Notes under the pieces: generated by a model
What the model saw: only the letters and a program-made list of their open reading frames with translations
Databases searched by the model: none
What the model was told of the DNA's origin: nothing
In this document: in pieces, positions 18,025 to 28,376 of the stretch
How positions within the stretch are numbered: position 1 is the first letter of the stretch
How the letters are laid out: each line of letters begins with the position of its first letter
Program-made: the position numbers and the translations under genes
Source of the DNA: Flavobacterium sp.
GTDB taxonomy: Bacteria; Bacteroidota; Bacteroidia; Flavobacteriales; Flavobacteriaceae
Assembly: GCA_044231345.1 (NCBI GenBank)
Contig: JBIHZQ010000001.1
Coordinates: 1 to 51,558, forward strand
Reading direction: 5' to 3'
Length of the DNA stretch: 51,558 nt

Positions 18025-19458
18025 TTACTGCATGACAAACTTAAATGCTACAGTAACTATTGATGCATTCAACAAGTCACTCCTTTGATAATTATTATAT
18101 CTAAAATCGATTGATTTCAAGCCAAAATTAATGATTTTAAATTTAGTAAAAATATCCGTATAACTTAGACCTATACCAAACTGATTACTATTAAATTTGG
18201 ACAAATCAGTGTCCGAAGTATAGTATTGTTCTGTAGATAAATGAGATTCGAAGGGTGCAAAATACTTTGAGGCTGTTTGTGAATAATACCGATACATAGG
18301 ATAAACCGTAATGGCGTCATTTAATTTTATTGGAAGCTCTACATTGGCAGTATGGGCTTCAATTCCCCAATTATCCGCATAAAAACGATAGTAGGTGCGC
18401 AATTTAAAAGTCTCGTTTATGTAATAATTCAAGCGAATACCTATCGGTGCTTTATATCTTTTTGATGGCAGTCGTTCTATGTCATCCGCCAATCGATATA
18501 CGCCCACATTTTCTGAAGTTTCATAAACGGGTATGTATTGAGTTTGTCCAATATAATAATTCTCTTTATCAGAAAAGTAAATTCTATGATAGGGCGTAGA
18601 TAGCAATCCTTCTTGCATGAGTAAATCAAAGAATACTGAACCTTGAAGGCGTTTACTGAGAATTTGAGAGAAAGCAAAAGAAACAGAATAAGAATTTCTA
18701 GATACAGAGGCTAGATTTTTGAATTCAGAGGGTAAATAATTAGTAGATGCAATCCCATTTTGATTATAAACGGTTACTCCATTAAAATAACCATTTGATA
18801 AAAATCCTGAGCCGTATTTAGAAAATTCATGCAATTCTGTTGGATAGATTGGTCTCCATTGATCTAAATAAACATTTGCTTTTAGACTTATTTCAGTATT
18901 TTTTTGATTGAATAATTTTGCAATTCCTCCTCCAAAACCCACAGACGTGTAATCATATTCATTTGAAAAAGCAACATCAGCATTCCAAATAAAATTTCTA
19001 TCGTCTGAACTGTGACTATAATTAGCAGTTAAACTGGCAAGAGCATCTTGAGCTGAAGCACCAGATGATGCCAACCAAGGTGTCCCAATCGGACCTGAAA
19101 CCAATCTATCATCATCGTCATCTTCACCATTACCTCCCGAAGCTCCTGAAGAATTAAAGGGATTGATGTTACTTGAGGAAGCAGAGGTATACGCCGAAAT
19201 ACCCGCATCAACTGTAAGAACATCATCTGAATTTAAAGGGACAGAAACTACAATATTGGAAGCTAAATCGGTTAATTCTTCAGAGCCAATACCACCAGAA
19301 ACAGCCGATTTATTTCCGGTTTGCTTGTAATAACTCAATAAGAAATCAACTTCCGCACTTTCAAGAACTCTTTTTTTAAAAACTAAAGAAGAGTCTTTTT
19401 CTTGAGAATAAGTCATAAAGCAACTAAAAATAAATAAAACCAAACTAAATTTTTTCAT
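18025..19458 (-). CDS. DUF3570 family outer-membrane beta-barrel protein
   Basis: Signal peptide, AYTSASS, SNEYDY, ERLP, YRFYADNWGI, barrel-type C-terminus; lies after apbE and DUF4266. Confidence 0.8.
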   Translation of the reverse strand: MKKFSLVLFIFSCFMTYSQEKDSSLVFKKRVLESAEVDFLLSYYKQTGNKSAVSGGIGSEELTDLASNIVVSVPLNSDDVLTVDAGISAYTSASSSNINPFNSSGASGGNGEDDDDDRLVSGPIGTPWLASSGASAQDALASLTANYSHSSDDRNFIWNADVAFSNEYDYTSVGFGGGIAKLFNQKNTEISLKANVYLDQWRPIYPTELHEFSKYGSGFLSNGYFNGVTVYNQNGIASTNYLPSEFKNLASVSRNSYSVSFAFSQILSKRLQGSVFFDLLMQEGLLSTPYHRIYFSDKENYYIGQTQYIPVYETSENVGVYRLADDIERLPSKRYKAPIGIRLNYYINETFKLRTYYRFYADNWGIEAHTANVELPIKLNDAITVYPMYRYYSQTASKYFAPFESHLSTEQYYTSDTDLSKFNSNQFGIGLSYTDIFTKFKIINFGLKSIDFRYNNYQRSDLLNASIVTVAFKFVMQ

Positions 19459-19467
19459 ACGAACCGA

Positions 19468-19677
19468 TTAATTACAACCACAACCTCCACCTGTTTTACC
19501 TCCATTTGCGCCAGCAGCTGCCTCACGATATACCTGAAAATTGGTTTCATACCGTTCTGGAGATTTTCCTGCTAATTTCATTTCCGGATCATTAATTAAT
19601 TCCTTTTCATATTCTTTAACAACGGTACAAGACGTAATTAAAAAAAAGAAAATTCCAATACAAGCTATTTTATTCAT
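19468..19677 (-). CDS. DUF4266 family lipoprotein
   Basis: Lipobox ITSC; C-terminal REAAAGANGGKTGGGCGCN. Confidence 0.85.
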   Translation of the reverse strand: MNKIACIGIFFFLITSCTVVKEYEKELINDPEMKLAGKSPERYETNFQVYREAAAGANGGKTGGGCGCN

Positions 19678-20659
19678 GGGAATATTTATTTAAATCTATA
19701 TTTTTTGAAACACTAATTTTTCCAGAATCATCTACCATAATACAACCAATTCCTGGTAATTGATTGACTAAATTCATTCCTACCTCTTTACCAAGCACAA
19801 AAACACCCGTTGCAATAGCATCCGCAAGTTCTGTTGATTTTGCAAAAATTGTAACACTTACTAAACCCGAAGCGGGATATCCAGTTCGAGTATCAATTAT
19901 ATGTGAGTACCTTTTTCCATTAAAAGTTACGTATTTTTCGTAGGAACCAGAAGTTTCTACCGAACTGTTTAGGAGCGGAAAAAAAGCAAATATTTTATTC
20001 TTATTCAAAGGGTTTTTTATTCCTACTTTCCAATCGGTTCCATCGGGTTGAGCGCCCCAAGCAGAAATATCTCCCGAAACATTGATCAAACCTGAATTTA
20101 TTCCTTTAGATGATAATAATTCTTTAATCTTATCCGCAATATAACCCTGTCCAATTCCTCCAAGACCTAATTTCATTCCGGGAAGTTTTAAGAAAATTGT
20201 TCTTTTTACTGGATTCATCTCAATGTTTTGATATCCAACCTTTGCAACTGAGCTTTTAACTTCCTCGGACGTTGGCATAGATTTCATACTTCCATCAAAT
20301 TTCCATATTTTATCCATTGAGGCATAGCTAATATCAAAAGCACCATCGGTTAATTTTGATATATTTATAGCTCTTTCTACTAAATCAAATAACTCCTGAG
20401 TTACTTCAACCGGTTGAATACCAGCATTTTTATTAATTATTGATATTGGTGTCGTTGGAATCCAATCTGATATTAAGTTTTCAATTCGTTTTACTTCGTC
20501 AATTGCAACATCAATAAAATAATTAGCCGCAATAGTATCTTTCGCAACTAGTGTTATTTCAAATGGACTTCCAAGTAATCCTAGACTTCTCTTATGGATT
20601 ACTTGAGAAAAAATCATGTTTGAAATAAAAAGAAAGAATACAATAACTATTTTCTTCAT
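19670..20659 (-). CDS. apbE: FAD:protein FMN transferase ApbE
   Basis: TDGAFDIS, LGGIGQGYIAD, WKVGI, TSGSYE, YSHIIDTRTGYP, ADAIAT. Confidence 0.95.
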   Translation of the reverse strand: MKKIVIVFFLFISNMIFSQVIHKRSLGLLGSPFEITLVAKDTIAANYFIDVAIDEVKRIENLISDWIPTTPISIINKNAGIQPVEVTQELFDLVERAINISKLTDGAFDISYASMDKIWKFDGSMKSMPTSEEVKSSVAKVGYQNIEMNPVKRTIFLKLPGMKLGLGGIGQGYIADKIKELLSSKGINSGLINVSGDISAWGAQPDGTDWKVGIKNPLNKNKIFAFFPLLNSSVETSGSYEKYVTFNGKRYSHIIDTRTGYPASGLVSVTIFAKSTELADAIATGVFVLGKEVGMNLVNQLPGIGCIMVDDSGKISVSKNIDLNKYSHE

Positions 20660-20666
20660 TGCTAAT

Positions 20667-21098
20667 TTAATTGCTAATTATTAGTTGCTTAATATATTCT
20701 TCTGGAGAACAATTTTCATAACCTTTTTTATTAATCACCTTTCCTGAACTATCCAACAAGACTACCAATGGAAAAAATCCTTCCTTATTATATTTATCTG
20801 CTAAAATTGAATTGCTTGCTTTTAATTCAGCGGGTAAAGCATTTACTTTCTTTTTTGGAAAATCAGCTTTAACTAAAATTAAATTTTCTTTAGAATAGGA
20901 AACGAAATAATCTGATTTCCATATATTATTTTCTAATTTAATGCAAGGAGCGCACCAATCAGATCCCGAAAAGACTAAAACAATTTTTTTATTTTCATTC
21001 ATCGCTATTTTTTTTGCTTCTTCAAAATTAGTTTTCCAATCTTGAGAAAATACGAGTTGAGTTAAAAATAAAAAGAGAATAAAAAATACTTTTTTCAT
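20667..21098 (-). CDS. Exported thioredoxin-fold protein
   Basis: Signal peptide; FSGSDWCAPCIKL; cis-Pro loop FFP. Confidence 0.9.
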   Translation of the reverse strand: MKKVFFILFLFLTQLVFSQDWKTNFEEAKKIAMNENKKIVLVFSGSDWCAPCIKLENNIWKSDYFVSYSKENLILVKADFPKKKVNALPAELKASNSILADKYNKEGFFPLVVLLDSSGKVINKKGYENCSPEEYIKQLIISN

Positions 21099-21180
21099 AC
21101 GTTTGAAGTACTAAAATTAAAACTATTACAGGTGTAAAATTATCCAAAAAATAATTACTTTTAGTCTATTTTAAAAGAAA

Positions 21181-21224
21181 TTAAGGTAAATTTAAGCGAG
21201 TTGCATTTTTAATCAAAAATTAAG
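21181..21224. promoter_or_regulatory. Candidate OmpR-type direct-repeat boxes between divergent operons
   Basis: TTAAG at 21181 and 21192, TTAAT at 21209 and TTAAG at 21220; both pairs 11 bp apart. Confidence 0.4.
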
Positions 21225-21272
21225 AATTGGCGCTGCTACTTGTCACTAATAATAGTTAGTTTTACAAATAAA

Positions 21273-23366
21273 ATGCATCCATTTTCTAGGTCGTCCCCGT
21301 TTTTTTATTTAACGTTTTTTTACATCACAATTAGTTTAACTTTACGAATAGTCTTACTTTTTCATCCCATAACACAAGCAAGTTTTGAAATATTGGAAGT
21401 AACAAAAATTTTTATGTTTGGACTACTTTCTGATTTTTTTGTATTCATAATTGTTAGTGGTTTTCTCTGGATTTACAGTATATTTTTATCGAACTCAAAA
21501 TATTCAAAACCATGGGGATTTGTAATTTTTGGACTATTGGTAACCCTCTTAGTTTACATAAGTTTCTTTAATACAATATTAAATGAATATGGTGGAGCGT
21601 TACCTACTATTGGAATTAGTTTTGTCGCATTAAAAACAATTTGTTTTGGATTGTTATTGTTTTTACCAAAATTCAGAAAACAATTTCGATTGATTTTTTA
21701 CTCAATCACATTATTTATTTTTGTACTACTAATTGTCCAAAATGCACTTAGCGAATTCTTCTTTTGGAATGAATTTGGATTAAAATATAATTTTATTGCC
21801 GTTAATTATTTAGTTTATACCAATGAAGTGATTGGAAATATTATTCAATCGTATCCAATTCTTCCTATTGTCACCTTTGTTGGAATAATTTCTTTATTAA
21901 GCACTTATTACATAGTTAAAAAAACAAAACATCATTTAGATAACTTACTTAATTTCAAAGATAAAATTAGTTATTCGATAGTTTATATGGTATTATTTAT
22001 AGTGTCGCTTTGGACGATTCCAATTATTGCAAACCAAGAAAACTCAAAAAATATTTTCACTAACGAATTAGAAGCGAATGGGCTATATAAATTCTATTGT
22101 GCCTTTATGAATAGTGAATTAGACTATTTTAAGCTTTATAAAACACTTCCAGAAAATGAAGTCATTAACCTACTAAGCCATCAAATTTCTGATATTTCAG
22201 GTAAGGCTTCACTGCATTCTATCGTAAATAATCAATCAGAAATTCATAAAAATGTTGTCCTCATTACCATAGAAAGTTTTAGTGCAGAATTCATGAAATC
22301 ATATGGTAATAAAAACAATTTAACCCCTTTTCTAGATAGTTTAGCCAATCAAAGCATGCAATTTACCAATCTCTATGCGGTTGGAAATAGAACGGTAAGA
22401 GGACTTGAAGCTGTTACCTTGTGCTTGCCTCCAACCGCGGGAGAAAGTGTCATTAAAAGAAAAGACAATAAAAATAAATTTTCATCAGGAAGTATTTTCA
22501 GTTCTAAAGGATATAGAACAAAATACTTGTATGGCGGAGACGCCTATTTTGATAATATGGAAGATTTTTTCGGAGGAAATGGTTATGACATTGTCGATAA
22601 AAAAACGTTTAGGCCTAACGAAATAACTTTTGATAACATCTGGGGAGTTTGTGACGAAGACCTATATACGAAAGCAATACAAGTGATGAATTTAGAAGCA
22701 ACTTCCACCACTCCATTTTTCAATCATATAATGACGGTAAGCAATCACCGACCTTTTACCTATCCAAACAATAAAATTGACATTCCTGGTGACGCAAAAT
22801 CAAGAGATGGTGGAGTAAAATATACCGACTATGCATTAAAAAAATTCTTTGAAATGGCCCAAAAACAATCTTGGTTTAATGATACTGTATTTATCATTGT
22901 TGCCGATCATTGTGCTTCAAGTGCGGGAAAAACTGAGTTACCATTAGATAAATATAGAATTCCAGCAATGATATTTTCTCCAGGATTTATTAAGCCTCAA
23001 ATAATAAATCAATTGATGTCTCAGATCGACCTTATGCCCACTGCCATGGGATTATTACATTTTAGTTATTCTAGTAAATTCTATGGTCAAGATGTGTTCC
23101 AGGCTGGTTATAAACCTAGAGCTTTTATTGCAACATACCAAGATTTGGGTTTAATAAAAGACGGAATTCTTACAGTTCTCTCACCCAAAAAAACGGTAAA
23201 ACAATATCAATTACAAGTTGATTTAAAAAAAGATTATTCCGCAGAATTTCCAATTTATTATACAGAAACACCTATAAAAACAAAAAGAATTAATTTAATA
23301 AACGAAACCATTTCTTATTATCAATCGGCATCTGCTATTTTAAAGAAAAAAGAATACCAACGATAA
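21273..23366 (+). CDS. LTA synthase / phosphoglycerol transferase family protein (membrane-anchored sulfatase fold)
   Basis: Multiple N-terminal TMs; ITIESFS, GNRTVRGLEA (Thr nucleophile), TVSNHRPF, VADH, SQID; likely start ATG 21273. Confidence 0.9.
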   Translation: MHPFSRSSPFFYLTFFYITISLTLRIVLLFHPITQASFEILEVTKIFMFGLLSDFFVFIIVSGFLWIYSIFLSNSKYSKPWGFVIFGLLVTLLVYISFFNTILNEYGGALPTIGISFVALKTICFGLLLFLPKFRKQFRLIFYSITLFIFVLLIVQNALSEFFFWNEFGLKYNFIAVNYLVYTNEVIGNIIQSYPILPIVTFVGIISLLSTYYIVKKTKHHLDNLLNFKDKISYSIVYMVLFIVSLWTIPIIANQENSKNIFTNELEANGLYKFYCAFMNSELDYFKLYKTLPENEVINLLSHQISDISGKASLHSIVNNQSEIHKNVVLITIESFSAEFMKSYGNKNNLTPFLDSLANQSMQFTNLYAVGNRTVRGLEAVTLCLPPTAGESVIKRKDNKNKFSSGSIFSSKGYRTKYLYGGDAYFDNMEDFFGGNGYDIVDKKTFRPNEITFDNIWGVCDEDLYTKAIQVMNLEATSTTPFFNHIMTVSNHRPFTYPNNKIDIPGDAKSRDGGVKYTDYALKKFFEMAQKQSWFNDTVFIIVADHCASSAGKTELPLDKYRIPAMIFSPGFIKPQIINQLMSQIDLMPTAMGLLHFSYSSKFYGQDVFQAGYKPRAFIATYQDLGLIKDGILTVLSPKKTVKQYQLQVDLKKDYSAEFPIYYTETPIKTKRINLINETISYYQSASAILKKKEYQR

Positions 23367-25394
23367 CTATAACCATCCATTATATTTTCGAATGAACCAT
23401 TCCAAAGCTAGAAACAGAATTAAAAAAGACAATAGTATTTTCCATTCAATTAATGGAACTTTCTTTATAATTTCTTTTTGAATCGGTTTGTACTGTTCAT
23501 CATTGACTAGCTTTTCAATCAATTTCTCAATTTGATTTGGACTATAAATTTGACCTTTTGTTTGTGATGCTAACTGTTTCAATTTACTCACATTTGGACT
23601 GGCAAACTGTCTTTCGATGTCAAATTCAATTATTTCAAAACTACCAGTATAACTACTTTTGGATGCAAACTCCTCTACTTTGAATTTGTAATTTCCAGAA
23701 GGAAGCCCATCTAAAATAACTTTAAAATTAGAAGTTCCTTTTAATAAATCATACCGTTTTAATTCTTTAGTTTTTTTATTTTCTAATGTAATTGACAACT
23801 GTGCTTTAGAGTCAAATTCATAGTTTTTATTAAAATACTGAGCCGTTATTTCAATATTATCCTTAGAATAATAAAAGTTTTCATGGTTAACCACTAATGA
23901 TTTTCGTGAATTATTCGAAACTAAAAACTGTACGGTTTTGTCTACAAAGCGATCGTAATCATCAAACGATTGATTCTTTAAATGACTCTGTAATCGCCAC
24001 TTCCAACTATTTTCACCCATTAAAAATGCAGCTCTATTATTTGGTTTCTCAATCAATACTAATAATGGAGATTTTGTAGAAACGGTTCTGATTCTTGAGT
24101 ACAACACTGTCGAATAAATTCCTTTCTCCGTTATTGTCCCAAAAGGATTTTGTAAGGGTGGGAAGTTCTCAAATCCAATATTTTCGGTTTCAAATAAATT
24201 AAAATCAGAATTGAAATCTGCTGAAAAATCTTCTTTTTGAGCACTCATATTAAACTCGAAATAATCCTGATTTTGATTTAAAAAAGTAAAATCAGTGCTA
24301 GTGCCTGTAATTATAAATGAATTAGAATTAATAGTTTTAGCTTTTAAAAAAAGTGATTTAAAAACTGCCGTTGGTTGGAAGAAAATTAAGGCATTAAATT
24401 TCTCTAGATTATCAATTTCATTGGGTTTTAGTATCGTAACTTTTCGTTGAGCATTAGTTTCAATTGCTCTCTTTAGTGCTCCAATGTCTGGATGATTTAT
24501 AGCCGAAAAGATAGCAATTTCTGACTTTTGGTCAATTACATCAACGGCAAAGTTTTTTTTGTTATTGTAGGTGTTTTTTTCTTTTATTTTAGCGACTAAA
24601 ACAGCTTGATATACTTGAAGGCCAAACTGATTAGCGGGCAACATAATGGTTTGAATACTGGATTTATTAGAAGCCGAAAAAAATACATTTTGTTTGCTGA
24701 TTATCTTGTTGTTTTGAAGAATCTGTAGTTCTGCTGAAACCGATTTTGACCCCGTAAAACTCAAAAAAAGTTCAACTGGAAAAGTGTTCTTGAGAAAAGC
24801 ATATTTATTGGTATTGATTTGTTCAATTCTTAAATCAGGGAAGGTAGTTGTGTCCCCTATTACTATTGGATTGACTTCTGTCGTTGGTTCAAAACAAAAA
24901 GCATAATCACTTCCTGTGGTTTGATTTCCATCACTAAGTAGAAGTAAGGGATATGATTTATTCCTATAAATACTTTTTAAATCTTTCGCAATTACCTCTA
25001 TATTAGTTTGTTTGCCATTAAAATTAAAAATATTAGAGCGTTTTAACTCTGAATCAAATTGGTAGGACTGTACGTCAAATTTAGAATTCAAATCTTCATT
25101 TGAAATTAATTGTTTGTGTATAGTAACAATCGATTGTGCCGCATTTAAGTTGGCAATAGAACTAGAATTGTCAACAACAATTGGGAGTGGTGTTTTTTGA
25201 ATGACTAAAGATGAAAAGAACAAAATTGGATTTATTAACAAAAGTAACACCCCAACTATAGTCAAAAAACGAATAAAAGCCAAAAAAAGAATTGTATTAG
25301 TTCTGCTTTTGACTTTATATAAATATTGAAAATAGACAATCAAAAACGCAAATACAAGAGACGAAAATAGTAACAAAATGGTATTTGTTGTCAT
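23367..25394 (-). CDS. Membrane-anchored VWA-domain protein
   Basis: Two N-terminal TMs, MIDAS-like VDNSSS and SDGN, C-terminal TM LEWFIRKYNG. Confidence 0.75.
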   Translation of the reverse strand: MTTNTILLLFSSLVFAFLIVYFQYLYKVKSRTNTILFLAFIRFLTIVGVLLLLINPILFFSSLVIQKTPLPIVVDNSSSIANLNAAQSIVTIHKQLISNEDLNSKFDVQSYQFDSELKRSNIFNFNGKQTNIEVIAKDLKSIYRNKSYPLLLLSDGNQTTGSDYAFCFEPTTEVNPIVIGDTTTFPDLRIEQINTNKYAFLKNTFPVELFLSFTGSKSVSAELQILQNNKIISKQNVFFSASNKSSIQTIMLPANQFGLQVYQAVLVAKIKEKNTYNNKKNFAVDVIDQKSEIAIFSAINHPDIGALKRAIETNAQRKVTILKPNEIDNLEKFNALIFFQPTAVFKSLFLKAKTINSNSFIITGTSTDFTFLNQNQDYFEFNMSAQKEDFSADFNSDFNLFETENIGFENFPPLQNPFGTITEKGIYSTVLYSRIRTVSTKSPLLVLIEKPNNRAAFLMGENSWKWRLQSHLKNQSFDDYDRFVDKTVQFLVSNNSRKSLVVNHENFYYSKDNIEITAQYFNKNYEFDSKAQLSITLENKKTKELKRYDLLKGTSNFKVILDGLPSGNYKFKVEEFASKSSYTGSFEIIEFDIERQFASPNVSKLKQLASQTKGQIYSPNQIEKLIEKLVNDEQYKPIQKEIIKKVPLIEWKILLSFLILFLALEWFIRKYNGWL

Positions 25395-25430
25395 AAAAAT
25401 TATTTTTCAAAAATCCAAAATAGTGCGATT

Positions 25431-26177
25431 TTAGGTAAGCATTCCGCCATCAACATTTAAAACTTGACCCGTAACGTAGGCACTCATGTCAGAAGCAAAA
25501 AACAAACATGCATTAGCTACGTCATCAGTAGTACCACCCCGTTTTAATGGAATTCCATCTCTCCAACCTTGTACCACATCGGCATTCAATTTTGCAGTCA
25601 TCTCGGTTTCTATAAAACCAGGTGCAATGGCATTACAACGAATATTTCTTGAACCAAGTTCTAACGCAACCGATTTTGTAAAACCGATTACCCCAGCTTT
25701 AGAAGCTGCATAGTTAGTTTGTCCAGCATTTCCTTTTACACCTACTACACTACTCATATTAATTATAGAACCAGCACGTTGCTTTAGAAATGTTTTTTGG
25801 ATTGCTTTAGTCATGTTAAAAACAGACTTTAGGTTAACATCAATAACTTGATCAAAATCAGCTTCTGACATTCGCATTAATAAATTATCTTTAGTAATTC
25901 CGGCATTATTAATTAATACATCAATTGTGCCAAATTCAGACAATACTTCTTCTACAAAAGTGTGAGCCTCGTCAAAATTAGCAGCATTAGATTGATACCC
26001 TTTTGCTTTTATTCCCATTTTATTTAGGTCGGTTTCTAGTTCTAAAGCGGACTCAACAGATGAACTATAGGTAAACGCAATATTGGCACCGTGACCTGCA
26101 AAAACTTCTGCGATTCCACGCCCAATTCCACGGCTTGCTCCTGTAATAATTACCACTTTTCCTTCAAGTAATTTCAT
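25431..26177 (-). CDS. fabG: 3-oxoacyl-ACP reductase
   Basis: TGASRGIG, NNAGITKD, NYAASKAG, PGFIETEM. Confidence 0.96.
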   Translation of the reverse strand: MKLLEGKVVIITGASRGIGRGIAEVFAGHGANIAFTYSSSVESALELETDLNKMGIKAKGYQSNAANFDEAHTFVEEVLSEFGTIDVLINNAGITKDNLLMRMSEADFDQVIDVNLKSVFNMTKAIQKTFLKQRAGSIINMSSVVGVKGNAGQTNYAASKAGVIGFTKSVALELGSRNIRCNAIAPGFIETEMTAKLNADVVQGWRDGIPLKRGGTTDDVANACLFFASDMSAYVTGQVLNVDGGMLT

Positions 26178-26326
26178 AAACTATGTGATTTTGTATTTGT
26201 AATAATATAAAAAGACAAATATATTATTTTAGAATAGATATTAAAATAAATAGGTCAACTATTAAACAGAAGGGAGTATTTTTATTATTACTAAATATCA
26301 CTACATTCGCAATAAAAAATAAATTT

Positions 26327-26815
26327 ATGAAATTATTAGTTACATTATTGTTAGTTACGGCATCGGTATTGTCTCAAAACAATAACTTCAAAATAGAAAA
26401 TGAACACCTTATTTGGAGAAAAAAATACCAATCTAATTCGGCCAATATTGTAGAACTAATTGACAAAAACCATCCTAAAATCAGTTTTGACAACTCTAAT
26501 TTAGGAAAAGGTAGGAATCTAAACTGCCTTTGTAGAAGTTACCATTTTTCAATTGATTTTGATTGGCCATTAAATATTACTTTTGAAGTAGCTATTGTCG
26601 ATTCTACTTATATAGTAACCGTCACGGATTTTGTAGTACAATTTGACGATGAAAGTTATAACAAAACACATGATTATTTTTTAGAAAAATATTTATTAGT
26701 AAAAAATAAAACTGAATTCTCAGATAAAAAAAACAAACTTAAAGCTATGGAATGCTTAAATAATTATTTAACGAAAATTTTTCTTATTCCAGATGCTCAA
26801 ATAATTGTTGAATAA
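26327..26815 (+). CDS. Exported hypothetical protein
   Basis: Signal peptide ending SVLS-Q; fills the gap between fabG and the next gene. Confidence 0.6.
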   Translation: MKLLVTLLLVTASVLSQNNNFKIENEHLIWRKKYQSNSANIVELIDKNHPKISFDNSNLGKGRNLNCLCRSYHFSIDFDWPLNITFEVAIVDSTYIVTVTDFVVQFDDESYNKTHDYFLEKYLLVKNKTEFSDKKNKLKAMECLNNYLTKIFLIPDAQIIVE

Positions 26816-26825
26816 TTATTTACAA

Positions 26826-27254
26826 TTAAAACGCAACATTCCATCGGGGTAAACGGCCATTTTCATTAAGAAAATTCTGTAATAGTTGACCTTCAATAAA
26901 TGTTGGTATAATTTTCACTTTATCTGTAAAGGTTTCATACCAATAAATTTCAAGTGATTCAATATTTTCTAATTTCATTTGAGCAGGCCAAGAATATTTT
27001 CTTCCTGTTTTGGCAAATTGATGTCCATTAACAATTTTATCATACAAACCACCATTTTTACTTTTTAATGTCCCATCATTTTGCACAGTACCAGTGGAAC
27101 CAACCATTATTAGCTCTTTACTATCTCTGCTTATTTGAAATACTAAAAAAACTCCATTACCATTTAGCGGTGCATTACAGACTGATTCTAAATCATTTTC
27201 AAGGGTAAATACAAAATTACCGTTTACTTTAAATTTCTTAACTTCTTTGTACAT
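26826..27254 (-). CDS. Hypothetical protein, degenerate GIY-YIG-like
   Basis: GVFLVF...ELIMVGSTG spacing, IEGQLL helix, terminal LPRWN. Confidence 0.55.
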   Translation of the reverse strand: MYKEVKKFKVNGNFVFTLENDLESVCNAPLNGNGVFLVFQISRDSKELIMVGSTGTVQNDGTLKSKNGGLYDKIVNGHQFAKTGRKYSWPAQMKLENIESLEIYWYETFTDKVKIIPTFIEGQLLQNFLNENGRLPRWNVAF

Positions 27255-27267
27255 ATGTTATAAAATT

Positions 27268-27293
27268 AAAAAGCTCCACAAATGCGGAGCTTT
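27268..27293 (-). terminator. Intrinsic terminator after sucD
   Basis: Minus strand AAAGCTCCGCATTTGTGGAGCTTTTT, hairpin plus T-run just after the sucD stop. Confidence 0.75.
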
Positions 27294-27316
27294 GGTATAA
27301 TAGATTATTGTTTAAA

Positions 27317-28189
27317 TTATCCTAAAACTTCTTTTACTTTTTTTCCAATTTCTGCAGGAGAATCAACTACAAATATTCCGCATTCTCTCATAATTCGTTT
27401 TTTTGCTTCTGCCGTATCATCTGCTCCACCAACGATAGCGCCAGCGTGCCCCATTGTTCTTCCTTTAGGCGCTGTTTCACCAGCAATAAAACCTACGACA
27501 GGTTTTCTATTTCCATCAGCTTTAATCCACTTAGCTGCATCAGCCTCTAATTGACCTCCAATTTCACCAATCATAACGATGCATTTAGTTTCTGGATCAT
27601 TCATCAACAATTCTACCGCTTGTTTTGTTGTGGTTCCAATAATTGGGTCACCACCGATTCCGATTGCAGTAGTGATTCCTAATCCTTGTTTTACAACTTG
27701 ATCTGCTGCTTCATAGGTTAATGTTCCAGATTTTGAAACAATACCAACCGTTCCTTTTTTAAACACAAAACCAGGCATAATACCAACTTTAGCCTCTCCT
27801 GGGGTAATTACACCAGGACAGTTTGGACCAATTAAAATACAATTTCTTGATTTAATGTACTGATTTGCTTTAATCATGTCAGCAACAGGTATTCCTTCAG
27901 TAATGGTAATGATTACTTTAATTCCTGCATCCGCTGCTTCCATAATAGCATCGGCTGCAAAAGCAGGTGGAACAAAAATTATTGTAGTATCGGCTCCCGC
28001 TTGTACAACAGCATCCTTAACTGTATTAAAAACAGGACGGTCTAAATGAGTCGATCCGCCTTTTCCAGGGGTAACACCACCAACTACATTGGTACCGTAT
28101 TCAATCATTTGTGAAGCATGAAAAGTACCTTCACTTCCCGTAAAACCTTGAACAATTATTTTTGAATCTTTATTAACTAAAACACTCAT
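27317..28189 (-). CDS. sucD: Succinate-CoA ligase alpha subunit
   Basis: [37 protein letters not shown]. Confidence 0.98.
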   Translation of the reverse strand: MSVLVNKDSKIIVQGFTGSEGTFHASQMIEYGTNVVGGVTPGKGGSTHLDRPVFNTVKDAVVQAGADTTIIFVPPAFAADAIMEAADAGIKVIITITEGIPVADMIKANQYIKSRNCILIGPNCPGVITPGEAKVGIMPGFVFKKGTVGIVSKSGTLTYEAADQVVKQGLGITTAIGIGGDPIIGTTTKQAVELLMNDPETKCIVMIGEIGGQLEADAAKWIKADGNRKPVVGFIAGETAPKGRTMGHAGAIVGGADDTAEAKKRIMRECGIFVVDSPAEIGKKVKEVLG

Positions 28190-28376
28190 GATGTATCTTT
28201 TGATTTATTTATGATTAAAGTGATGCAAAAGTAAGGTTTTAGGGACAATATTTAATAGCTTTTTAAAAAAATTCTAGGATATTTTTATTCCGCTAAATGG
28301 TCTAATAAAAGAGAATTAAAAATTGATGAACATTGTTAAAAAAACTAATCAGAAATTAACTGTTTTAAAGTTATAC

